Below the pieces are notes generated by a model. It did no database searches, was not told the DNA's origin, and saw only the letters and a program-made list of their open reading frames with translations. The translations under genes and the position numbers were made by a program. Positions 1-7,347 of a DNA stretch of 34,901 nt are shown one piece after another. Origin of the DNA: Candidatus Coatesbacteria bacterium (lineage in GTDB: Bacteria > RBG-13-66-14); assembly GCA_014728185.1 (NCBI GenBank), contig WJMB01000027.1, positions 1 to 34,901 of the forward strand. Direction: 5' to 3'. Positions within the stretch are counted from its first letter, which is position 1. Each line of letters opens with the position of its first letter.

Positions 1-67
1 CCGCCGCGGCGTCCTCGCGGCTCCGCCGCGCCAGTGTCCCGCCGCCGACGCCCTCGACCGTTCAAGG

Positions 68-589
68 TTGACGCTCAAAGGAACCGTCATCGCCGACTAC
101 CGTCACGAGACCTACTGCGGCCTCTACTGCGGGGCCTGCCCGATCCTGGCCGCCAACGAGGCCGGGAACGAGAAGCAGCTCGCGGCCTGGGCCGCGGAGT
201 GGAAGAGGTCTATCGAGGACCTGCGCTGCCGGGGCTGCTACACTGACCTTACCGCCGTCTTCTGCCGGAACTGCGAGATCCGCGATTGCGCCCGGGCCCG
301 GGGGCTGACCCACTGCGGCCTCTGCCCCGAGTTTCCCTGCCGCCTGCTCGAGTCCTTCCGCGACGACGACGCGGCGCACCACTGCGTGGTGGTCGCCGCG
401 AGTCGCCGTCGCGCCCAGCTCGGCGACGCCGCCTGGCTCCAGCGGCAACGGGCGCGCTGGAGCTGCCCCGACTGCGGCCGCGACTTCACCTGGTACCAGA
501 AGCGCTGCCCCGAGTGCAACAGCGAACTCTACGACTGCCGGGCCGAGGAAGCCGACCTCACCGGCGAAACCGAGGGACCCACCCCATGA
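68..589 (+). CDS. Cys-rich DUF3795-like protein (173 aa)
   Basis: ORF-track ORF with a TTG start. It has YCGLYCGAC near the N-terminus plus further CxxC pairs (CRGC, CRNC, CGLC, CPDC, CPEC), as in DUF3795-type metal-binding proteins. Its stop overlaps the next start (ATGA at 586-589). The start codon is uncertain. Confidence 0.6.
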   Translation: MTLKGTVIADYRHETYCGLYCGACPILAANEAGNEKQLAAWAAEWKRSIEDLRCRGCYTDLTAVFCRNCEIRDCARARGLTHCGLCPEFPCRLLESFRDDDAAHHCVVVAASRRRAQLGDAAWLQRQRARWSCPDCGRDFTWYQKRCPECNSELYDCRAEEADLTGETEGPTP

Positions 590-1404
590 CCGACACCGCG
601 ACCCACCCCCTCTACCAGGTCGATTCCTTCACGAAAAAGCCCTTCGCCGGCAACCCGGCGGCGGTCTGCCTGACCGAAGGTCCCGCCGACGAGGTGTGGA
701 TGCAGCGCGTCGCCGCCGAGATGAACCTCTCCGAGACCGCCTTCCTCCACCCCGGCGATGACGGCTGGAACCTGCGCTGGTTCACCCCGGCCCTCGAGGT
801 CGACCTCTGTGGCCACGCCACCCTGGCCGCCGCCCACGTCCTCTGGAACGAGCGCGGATCGACCAACGAGCCGCTGCGCTTCTCCACCCGCAGCGGCGGG
901 CTGACCGCCCGGCGCCTCGATCATCCCCACGGCTCCATCGAGCTCGATTTCCCCATCCGAGCCCAAGAGGAGGTCGACGACCACTGGACCGCCGAGCGAC
1001 TGGCCCTGGCTCTGGGCGAGAGCCCGGTCTACCTGGGTCGCAGCATGGAGGACTACCTGGCCGTTTTTGACGACCCCGAGAAGGTCCTGGGTCTGCGCCC
1101 GGACATCAAGCAGATGCGCGCCTTCACCATTCGCGGCGTCATCGTCACCGCCCCGTCCCGGGGCGAGGAGTGGGACTTCGTCTCGCGCTTCTTCGCCCCC
1201 GGCGCCGGGATCGACGAGGACCCGGTCACCGGCTCGGCTCACTGCTGCCTGGGCCCCTACTGGGCCGCCCGCTTCGACCGCGATGAACTCGTCGGCTACC
1301 AGGCCTCCAAACGCGGAGGCCGGGTCGGCGTCAAGGTCTGCGGCGAGCGGGTGCTGCTGCGCGGCGACGCCGTAACCATCATCCGCGGCGAGCTGACGGG
1401 ATAG
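586..1404 (+). CDS. PhzF-family isomerase/epimerase (272 aa)
   Basis: In-frame ATG at 586 inside ORF 286..1404. The product MTDTATHPLYQVDSFTKKPFAGNPAAV...LSETAF...CGHATLAAAHVLW...DPVTGSAHCCLGPYW matches PhzF/YddE-type proteins. The first 100 codons of the long ORF are R/P-rich and overlap the previous gene, so they were discarded. Confidence 0.85.
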   Translation: MTDTATHPLYQVDSFTKKPFAGNPAAVCLTEGPADEVWMQRVAAEMNLSETAFLHPGDDGWNLRWFTPALEVDLCGHATLAAAHVLWNERGSTNEPLRFSTRSGGLTARRLDHPHGSIELDFPIRAQEEVDDHWTAERLALALGESPVYLGRSMEDYLAVFDDPEKVLGLRPDIKQMRAFTIRGVIVTAPSRGEEWDFVSRFFAPGAGIDEDPVTGSAHCCLGPYWAARFDRDELVGYQASKRGGRVGVKVCGERVLLRGDAVTIIRGELTG

Positions 1405-1427
1405 GTCCGAACGGTCTTGATCCCCCC

Positions 1428-1446
1428 GCCCCCGCACCGCGGGGGC
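1428..1446 (+). terminator. GC hairpin after the PhzF-family gene (weak terminator candidate)
   Basis: GCCCCCGC-ACC-GCGGGGGC forms an 8-bp stem 24 nt after the stop. It is followed by ATTCAATT rather than a clean T-run. Confidence 0.3.
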
Positions 1447-1526
1447 ATTCAATTGCTCTGGACACCGCCGTCGTCGGAAACTTTTGCCAAACCTGTATTA
1501 CAATGGTTCTCGCCTTGGTCCGGCTT

Positions 1527-1541
1527 TGGCACGTTTATTGC
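1527..1541 (+). promoter_or_regulatory. sigma-54 (-24/-12)-like site, TGGCACG-TTTA-TTGC
   Basis: Exact match to the RpoN core consensus TGGCACG-N4-TTGC, followed by A. It lies in the left inner arm of the palindrome, about 215 nt upstream of the purM ATG. Function is untested. Confidence 0.35.
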
Positions 1542-1584
1542 AGCAGGGCGGGTGGCGGTTTCGGACATCCGGCGTCGGATCTAC

Positions 1585-1599
1585 GCAATAAACGTGCCA
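1585..1599 (-). promoter_or_regulatory. sigma-54 (-24/-12)-like site on the minus strand, facing the site at 1527-1541
   Basis: The reverse complement of 1585-1599 reads TGGCACG-TTTA-TTGC. It points leftwards toward the PhzF-family gene 3' end. Confidence 0.3.
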
Positions 1600-1755
1600 A
1601 AGCCTCGTCGCCGGTGTTCAGGATGCTTCACCAGCTCCAGAGCGGTTTGGCAAAGGTTTCAGAGTGCGATCGCCATGACTTGTTTTATGTATTACAATGG
1701 ATTGACTCTTCAGACTCTTAGACAAACGTGCTCTTAGCCAAACGTGGAGCAAACG

Positions 1756-2790
1756 ATGATCCCCGACCCCTACAAATCCGCCGGTGTCGACGTCCGGGCC
1801 GGTGAGGCTTTCGTCAAGAACATCGCCCCCCTGGCCGAGGCCACCAGCATCCCTGGTGTGGCCGCCGGTCTGGGCGGCTTCGCGGCGGCCTTCGACACCA
1901 AGGCGGCGGGCCTCAAGGACCCCGTCCTGGTCTCGGCCACCGACGGCGTGGGCACCAAGCTTCTGGTGGCTATCCGGGCCGGTGTCCACACCACTGTGGG
2001 CATCGACCTGGTGGCGATGAGCGTCAACGACGTGCTGACGGTGGGCGCCCGGCCGCTGTTCTTCCTGGACTACTTCGCCACGGGGAAGCTGAAGCCGGAG
2101 CGGGATCGAGAGGTCTTGCAGGGAATCAGCCAGGGCTGCCTGCAGGCGGGCTGCGCGCTGATCGGCGGCGAGACCGCCGAGATGCCGGGGGTGTACAGGG
2201 AGGGCGATTACGACCTGGCGGGATTCGTCGTCGGGGCCTTGGAGCGCGGCACGGAGCTGGGTCCGCGGCGGGTGCGGGAGGGGATGGCCCTGGTGGGCCT
2301 GGCCTCGAACGGCCTGCACTCGAACGGCTTCTCGTTGGTGAGGAAACTGGTCTTCGAGGAAGCGGGCTTGGGGCCCGGCGACGTGGTCGAGTTCCTCGGG
2401 CGCAGCGTGGCAGACGAGCTGCTGGCGCCGACGCGGATCTACAGTAAGCTGCTGCCGCTGTTCCGCAAGCACCAGACGGCGGCTATGGCGCATATCACCG
2501 GCGGCGGCCTGGCGGACAACCTGTCCCGGGTTGTTCCGGAGGGAATGCGCGCCGTCCTGCACCGCGACGCTTGGCCCCGCCCCCGGGTCTTCAACTGGCT
2601 CAAGGAGTTGGGCGGTTTGAGCGACGACGAACTCGAGGCGGTCTTCAACTGCGGTTTGGGCTTGATCGCCGTGGTCCCGGAGAAGAAGGCTGCGTGGCTG
2701 ATCGAGGATCTCTCGGCGGCGGGCGAGTTCGCCTACCGGGTGGGCGAGGTTTCGGCGTCGCAGGAGCCGCCCCGCGCCGTGGTGGTCTAG
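1756..2790 (+). CDS. purM: Phosphoribosylformylglycinamidine cyclo-ligase (AIR synthetase)
   Basis: The product MIPDPYKSAGVDVRAGE...GGFAAAF...LVSATDGVGTKL...DLVAMSVNDVL...GGETAEMPG...HSNGFSLVRK is the PurM family signature. ATG 1756 is preferred over the track's GTG 1744 because GGAG (1746-1749) sits 6 nt upstream. Confidence 0.92.
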   Translation: MIPDPYKSAGVDVRAGEAFVKNIAPLAEATSIPGVAAGLGGFAAAFDTKAAGLKDPVLVSATDGVGTKLLVAIRAGVHTTVGIDLVAMSVNDVLTVGARPLFFLDYFATGKLKPERDREVLQGISQGCLQAGCALIGGETAEMPGVYREGDYDLAGFVVGALERGTELGPRRVREGMALVGLASNGLHSNGFSLVRKLVFEEAGLGPGDVVEFLGRSVADELLAPTRIYSKLLPLFRKHQTAAMAHITGGGLADNLSRVVPEGMRAVLHRDAWPRPRVFNWLKELGGLSDDELEAVFNCGLGLIAVVPEKKAAWLIEDLSAAGEFAYRVGEVSASQEPPRAVVV

Positions 2791-2815
2791 CCGTTGAGAC
2801 TGCCGGAGATGAGCG

Positions 2816-2843
2816 CGGGCCGACCAACAGGTCGGCCCGTTTC
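2816..2843. terminator. Bidirectional rho-independent-type terminator between convergent genes
   Basis: CGGGCCGACC-AACA-GGTCGGCCCG is a 10-bp GC stem followed by TTTC. It lies between the purM stop (2790) and the lipoprotein stop (2867). Confidence 0.6.
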
Positions 2844-2866
2844 GCATATGCCGTCGGGAGTCCCGT

Positions 2867-4117
2867 TTACATCAGGGCCGGGTCCAGGCGGAACACCCGC
2901 CCGCCTTCGGCGGAGAGGAACAGCTTTCCGTCGGCGGCGAGGAGCTCGCCCAGGGGGAAGTCGGCGTCCAGGCGCCAGAGCAGCTCGCCCTCGGCGGCGT
3001 CCAGCGCGTAGACGCTGAAGACCAGGTTGGTCAGCTCGATATCCTGGCCTGCGTCGCGGTACTGCTCGAGCAGCGGATCGACATATCCCCAATCGCCCGA
3101 GTGCTCGGTGGTGACCACGACGTAGACGGCGCCGTCCAGGTAGACCGGCGCGCCGATCTGCCCGGGGAAGGCCATGGCCCACCTGATGGAATCGTCCTCG
3201 ACGGCCAGGCAGGTTAGTTGGCTCTGGCCGGTATCGGGTCGCTCGCCGGCGGCGTAGAGGTGTCCTGAGGCGTAGAGGAGCTTCCCGCTGCGTGTGGGCA
3301 GCTTGAGCAGCTTCTGGGAGGCTCCCTCGTCGGGGTCCAGGCGCTCGAGGTGGTCGCCGATCAGCAGGTAGAGGCTCTCGCCGTCGTAGGCGTGGTCGAT
3401 GAGTCCGTTGCCGGGCAGGCGGTGGCCCCAGAGGGAACCCAGGCTCTCCGGATTCAGGCGGCGCAGCTCCCGGGTGCGCATATAGAGGGCGTCGCCGACG
3501 CTCATCAGGTAGAAGGGCTCGCTGGGGTTGAGCTGGACGGCCAACTGGTCGACCTGTTCACCCGTCGCCTTGTCGATGGTCAGCAGGCGCTGGTCGGCCT
3601 CGGTACCGGCCACGTCCATGGCCATGTCCACGCCCAGGTAGAGTTTTCCGCCCAGGCTGACCATGTTGTAGCGATATTGGTAGGAGGGGGCGTAGTTCCA
3701 GCGCTTGTCGCCGGTCTCTAGGTCGCGGCAGATCAGGTTGCCCGGGCCGTCGCCGGGGTAGCGGTGCAGGTAGACCGCCTCCTCGTCGAAGACGGGGGCG
3801 CCGAACTCCGGTGACTCCCAGACCAGGTCGCCCGTTTCGCCGTCCAGACAGAACAGGCCCACGCCGGTGAGCGCGCAGTACAGCCGTCCGGAGGTGTAGT
3901 GCTCGAGGCCCGGCGTGGCGCCCTCGACGGCGTACTGCCAGACCAGGCTAGGATTGTCCAGCAGGGGCCGGGGCTCGAAGTCCTCGCCCTCGCCGATCAC
4001 CCGGGCTTCGCCCACCTGGGGAGGGGCATCCTCCGCGGCGGATTCATCACCGGCTTCGTCGCAGCCGGTGAAGAGGAGCGGCAGCGCCGCAAGGATAATA
4101 ATAAGGGTATGCTTCAT
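2867..4117 (-). CDS. PQQ-like beta-propeller repeat lipoprotein (BamB-like fold), 416 aa
   Basis: MKHTLIIILAALPLLFTGC is a signal peptide with a lipobox. Repeated motifs of the type LDxxTGxxxW occur (LDGETGDLVWE, RDLETGDKRWN, IDKATGEQV, LDAAEGELLWR). ATG 4117 was chosen because GGGAGG lies 5 nt upstream; the track ORF starts 7 codons earlier. Confidence 0.8.
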   Translation of the reverse strand: MKHTLIIILAALPLLFTGCDEAGDESAAEDAPPQVGEARVIGEGEDFEPRPLLDNPSLVWQYAVEGATPGLEHYTSGRLYCALTGVGLFCLDGETGDLVWESPEFGAPVFDEEAVYLHRYPGDGPGNLICRDLETGDKRWNYAPSYQYRYNMVSLGGKLYLGVDMAMDVAGTEADQRLLTIDKATGEQVDQLAVQLNPSEPFYLMSVGDALYMRTRELRRLNPESLGSLWGHRLPGNGLIDHAYDGESLYLLIGDHLERLDPDEGASQKLLKLPTRSGKLLYASGHLYAAGERPDTGQSQLTCLAVEDDSIRWAMAFPGQIGAPVYLDGAVYVVVTTEHSGDWGYVDPLLEQYRDAGQDIELTNLVFSVYALDAAEGELLWRLDADFPLGELLAADGKLFLSAEGGRVFRLDPALM

Positions 4118-4460
4118 GGCGACCTCCCGGGTCGGCATTGCGGTCTTGAACGGCCTGATAGGGGACGAAGGACTACTTGTGGGACAACCCGTCGAGGTTT
4201 TTCAAAGGGTCCGCGGTATTGCGAAACCTGCACGGGTTCCACCGCGGGCAGTCCCGTCGATCTGCAGACACTCTTGCCTTTGCGTGCCCCCTGCTCTTTC
4301 CCGGTTAACAATCTCGCGCCGGGTGGGTCGGCAAACCCCAGTCGGTCTGGATCTTCTTCATTATGATAGTCTATCGGGAGCTTTCAGGCAAGCCTGGTGA
4401 GTTTGTGCTATCATTAACGTGAAGCAATTGCATCGTTAACGACCCCAACGGGAGGTCCCG

Positions 4461-4958
4461 ATGAGTGAACTGACCGTCAAGGAGGCTCTGGAGATCGCCA
4501 TCAAGAGCGAGACCCGGGCCAAAGAGCTCTACGAGAAGATATACGAGAACGTCACCAATCTGATGATGCGCGACAAGCTCAAGTTTCTGGCCTCCGAGGA
4601 GCAGCGCCACCATGACCTGCTCACCGGCGTCTACACCGAACAGATCGGCGGCGAGCCCACCGAGCCCGACCCCAATCTGCTGCCCAAGATGCAGATCGAT
4701 GTCGACTTCGACCGAGCCGAGCTGACCGACCTCTGGCAGGCGGCCATGCAGGCCGAGGAGGTCTCCGCCGAGCACTACGAGATGCTCACCGGCCGGGTCT
4801 CCGGCCGCGCCCGGGTGATGTTCAACTACCTGGCCAACGTCGAACGCAGCCACTATTATCTGCTCAAGAGCGAGTACGACGTGCTGGCCGAGATCGACGA
4901 GTACACCCGCACCGACGACGACCCCTTCGGGCTGAACATGATCAACCTCGGTCCGTAG
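4461..4958 (+). CDS. Ferritin-like / rubrerythrin-family diiron protein (165 aa)
   Basis: A four-helix-bundle-type sequence with paired E...ExxH motifs (ETRAKE...SEEQRHH and QAEE...NVERSHY). GGGAGG lies 6 nt before the ATG. Confidence 0.75.
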   Translation: MSELTVKEALEIAIKSETRAKELYEKIYENVTNLMMRDKLKFLASEEQRHHDLLTGVYTEQIGGEPTEPDPNLLPKMQIDVDFDRAELTDLWQAAMQAEEVSAEHYEMLTGRVSGRARVMFNYLANVERSHYYLLKSEYDVLAEIDEYTRTDDDPFGLNMINLGP

Positions 4959-4986
4959 CCTTCGTGATCCAGCCGATTGGTCAATG

Positions 4987-5016
4987 AAACGGGACCGGCT
5001 CCGCCGGTCCCGTTTT
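4987..5016 (+). terminator. Rho-independent terminator
   Basis: AAACGGGACCGGC-TCC-GCCGGTCCCGTTT is a perfect 13-bp stem followed by T, 29 nt after the stop of the ferritin-like gene. Confidence 0.7.
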
Positions 5017-5112
5017 CATCTCTTTCACGACCGAACCCGATGGCGCGCCGAGCGACCTTCGCCAAACAGGTCCCCGGCGGACGAAGCCCGTCGGTCCGCC
5101 GAGGCCCGGCTT

Positions 5113-5127
5113 TGGCACGTTTCTTGC
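5113..5127 (+). promoter_or_regulatory. sigma-54 (-24/-12)-like site, TGGCACG-TTTC-TTGC
   Basis: Exact RpoN core consensus in the left inner arm of copy 2. It points into the 3' end of a minus-strand gene, so an mRNA promoter role is doubtful. Confidence 0.3.
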
Positions 5128-5168
5128 GCAGGCGGACGTGGCCTGCCGGATAGGCGGCGGGCGACTCC

Positions 5169-5183
5169 GCAAGAAACGTGCCA
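5169..5183 (-). promoter_or_regulatory. sigma-54 (-24/-12)-like site on the minus strand, facing the site at 5113-5127
   Basis: The reverse complement reads TGGCACG-TTTC-TTGC. It points into the terminator and 3' end of the ferritin-like gene. Confidence 0.3.
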
Positions 5184-5388
5184 AAGCCGCCGCGGGAGGA
5201 GTGGTTTTCGAGTGAACCGTTTGGCGAAGGTCGCGGGCACCGGTGGGATGGCGGTTAATGTATGACGCAGGGGATGCAACAGCTCCAGATATTGCGCGTC
5301 CCAAAGGGTTTGTTCATTGCATGTGCAATCGTACTCACCCCGGGCGGCTCGGCGGTGCCGGGCAGCTTCCCGCGCCTTGAGGTGTCGT

Positions 5389-6045
5389 TCAATCGATGAT
5401 CGAATCCGGCCCCGGAACTTCCAGGTCCCGTTCGCCCTTGGGGGCCAGGCGGCTGAGCTCCGCGAGGGCCTCGAGGCCCCGGGGCGGGCGGCCGTTTGTG
5501 CGTTCGAGGCGGGCCAGCTCCCGGCGTATCCAGCGTCGGATGCTCTGACCGAGGACCCACATATAGAGGTAGCGTCCCGTGGTGAACTGGCGGGCGACGG
5601 AGGCGGCCCGGCGGCGGGCCAGTTTGGGATCGCGCTCCCGGTAGGCGCGCAGGGTCTCGCGATAGCCCCGCCATTCGAAGAGCGCCCGCAGTGTCAGGCC
5701 CAGGGGCAGGGGCAACAGCAGGTAGCAGATCAGGAAGGGGGCGAGGCCCAGGCGGCGCTGGTCCAGCAGATGCACGGCCTCGTGGCGCAGCACCAGGTAG
5801 CCTGCCCGGGTGTCGAGCAATCTGCGGGCCAGGTAGACGGTGCCGTTCCAGGTGAAGGCGTCGAAGCCGGTCAGCCGGACGCCGAGGGGCCGGCCCAGGG
5901 CGTCGAGGAGCCGCACCCAGCGGCTGTCTTCGAGGACGGCCAAACGGAAGGGGATGATCCGGCCCAGGGCGCGCGTCAGGGCGCGGAAGGGGGCGTAGGG
6001 ACGTCGCCGGGCGGGGTTGCTGTCAACGATTTTCTGCTTCGCCAT
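5389..6045 (-). CDS. Hypothetical membrane protein with an HExxH motif (218 aa)
   Basis: ATG start. LRHEAVHLLDQ is an HExxH motif, followed by a hydrophobic segment (LGLAPFLICYLLLPLPLGLTL). The composition is protein-like, unlike the surrounding shadow ORFs. No family was recognised with certainty. Confidence 0.6.
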   Translation of the reverse strand: MAKQKIVDSNPARRRPYAPFRALTRALGRIIPFRLAVLEDSRWVRLLDALGRPLGVRLTGFDAFTWNGTVYLARRLLDTRAGYLVLRHEAVHLLDQRRLGLAPFLICYLLLPLPLGLTLRALFEWRGYRETLRAYRERDPKLARRRAASVARQFTTGRYLYMWVLGQSIRRWIRRELARLERTNGRPPRGLEALAELSRLAPKGERDLEVPGPDSIID

Positions 6046-6341
6046 GGGTCCGGTGGATGGGCTGGGACACGCTCAACCTTGTGCCGGGTGGATGATCAAG
6101 GCACCGGATCGAGATAACCTGTCGGGGAATTGCATTCGATTGGGTTCGCCACCGCGGTTACATATTGAAGGATAGCTCGGGGGGGAGCGGTCCGAGGGTA
6201 AAGCTTCCGGCGGCCTCGGCTTCATTGGACCAACAGACGACCGTTTTGCCGGTAGTATCCCTCAGCGCGCCCGAGTTGTCGAGTGGTGCGACAAACCCGC
6301 CGCCGGCCCGAAATCAGCGGAAAAAGCCCCGCCAAATAGCT

Positions 6342-6369
6342 TGACACATCGCCGGGGACTATTATACCC
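6342..6369 (+). promoter_or_regulatory. sigma-70-type promoter candidate for the str operon
   Basis: TTGACA (6342-6347), 16-nt spacer, TATACC (6364-6369), about 130 nt upstream of rpsL. Confidence 0.4.
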
Positions 6370-6501
6370 TTACCGCCCTTACAACGCTCAGACACCGCTA
6401 AACGCCCGGCCTCAAAGGCTACAGGCCGACCGGGCGATCCGCTGCCGAGGCTCCCCGCCCGGTGTGGGGACGCTCCGAAACCAGCAATCGAGGTTCACGC
6501 G

Positions 6502-6873
6502 ATGCCGACCGTCAATCAGTTAGTCCGCAAGGGGCGCAAGCTCTCCAGGAAGAAGACCAAGTCGCCGGCGCTGCAGGGCTGTCCCCAGCGCAAGGGGGTC
6601 TGCACCCGCGTGTGGACCGTGACCCCCAAGAAGCCGAACTCGGCCCTGCGCAAGGTGGCCCGCGTCCGTCTCACCAACGGCATCGAGGTCACCAGCTACA
6701 TCCCCGGCGAGGGGCACAACCTGCAGGAGCACAGCATCGTGCTGGTCCGCGGCGGTCGCGTCAAGGACCTGCCCGGCGTACGCTACCACATCGTCCGCGG
6801 CACCATGGACGCCATCGGCGTCAGCGGCCGCAAGCAGCAGCGCTCCAAGTACGGCACGCGCAGGGAGGGTTAA
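6502..6873 (+). CDS. rpsL: 30S ribosomal protein S12
   Basis: [12 protein letters not shown]...[19 protein letters not shown]...[10 protein letters not shown] is unmistakably S12. Confidence 0.97.
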   Translation: MPTVNQLVRKGRKLSRKKTKSPALQGCPQRKGVCTRVWTVTPKKPNSALRKVARVRLTNGIEVTSYIPGEGHNLQEHSIVLVRGGRVKDLPGVRYHIVRGTMDAIGVSGRKQQRSKYGTRREG

Positions 6874-6876
6874 GCG

Positions 6877-7347
6877 ATGTCCCGCAGGCAGAAAGTCACC
6901 CGTCGCAAGCTCGATCCCGATCCCGTGCACGGCTCCGAGCTGGTCACCCGCTTCATCAACAACCTGATGCTCGACGGCAAGCGCTCCACGGCGGAAAATA
7001 TCTTCTACGGTGCCCTGGAGCTCGTCGAGAAGAAGACGGGCAAGGAAGGCGTCAAGGTCTTCTACGACGCCCTCAAGAACGTCAAGCCGACCCTCGAGGT
7101 CAAGAGCCGCCGCATCGGCGGGGCCACCTACCAGGTGCCCCTGGAGGTCTCGCCCGAGCGCAAGACCACCCTGGCCATCCGCTGGATGATCAGCTTCTCT
7201 CGCAAGCGCAAAGAGCACGGCATGATCAACAAGCTGGCCATGGAGTTCATCGACGCCCACAACGGCGTCGGCGCCAGCGTCAAGAAACGCGAGGACACGC
7301 ACCGCATGGCCGAGGCAAACAAGGCCTTCGCCCACTTCCGCGTGTAA
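6877..7347 (+). CDS. rpsG: 30S ribosomal protein S7
   Basis: [16 protein letters not shown]...[13 protein letters not shown]...AHFR is S7. It starts 3 nt after rpsL. Confidence 0.97.
   Translation: MSRRQKVTRRKLDPDPVHGSELVTRFINNLMLDGKRSTAENIFYGALELVEKKTGKEGVKVFYDALKNVKPTLEVKSRRIGGATYQVPLEVSPERKTTLAIRWMISFSRKRKEHGMINKLAMEFIDAHNGVGASVKKREDTHRMAEANKAFAHFRV

Larger units (their letters stand above)
1477..1660. repeat. Nested palindromic element, copy 1
   Basis: The outer arms are 1477-1493 GAAACTTTTGCCAAACC and 1644-1660 GGTTTGGCAAAGGTTTC (17 bp, one T.G). The inner arms are 1522-1541 GGCTTTGGCACGTTTATTGC and 1585-1604 GCAATAAACGTGCCAAAGCC (20 bp, perfect), around a 43-nt core. The same architecture recurs at 5052-5234. 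Confidence 0.75.
5052..5234. repeat. Nested palindromic element, copy 2
   Basis: The outer arms are 5052-5067 GCGACCTTCGCCAAAC and 5219-5234 GTTTGGCGAAGGTCGC (16 bp, perfect). The inner arms are 5107-5128 CGGCTTTGGCACGTTTCTTGCG and 5168-5189 CGCAAGAAACGTGCCAAAGCCG (22 bp, perfect), around a 39-nt core. Confidence 0.75.

Noticed and set aside
286-585. Long upstream extensions offered by the ORF track for the PhzF-family gene (286), rplV (15139), rplF (19285), rpsJ (11860), rplX (17457) and rpsD (26146).
   Set aside because: Homology to each family begins at an internal start codon with a Shine-Dalgarno sequence. The upstream parts overlap neighbouring genes or are R/P-rich junk.
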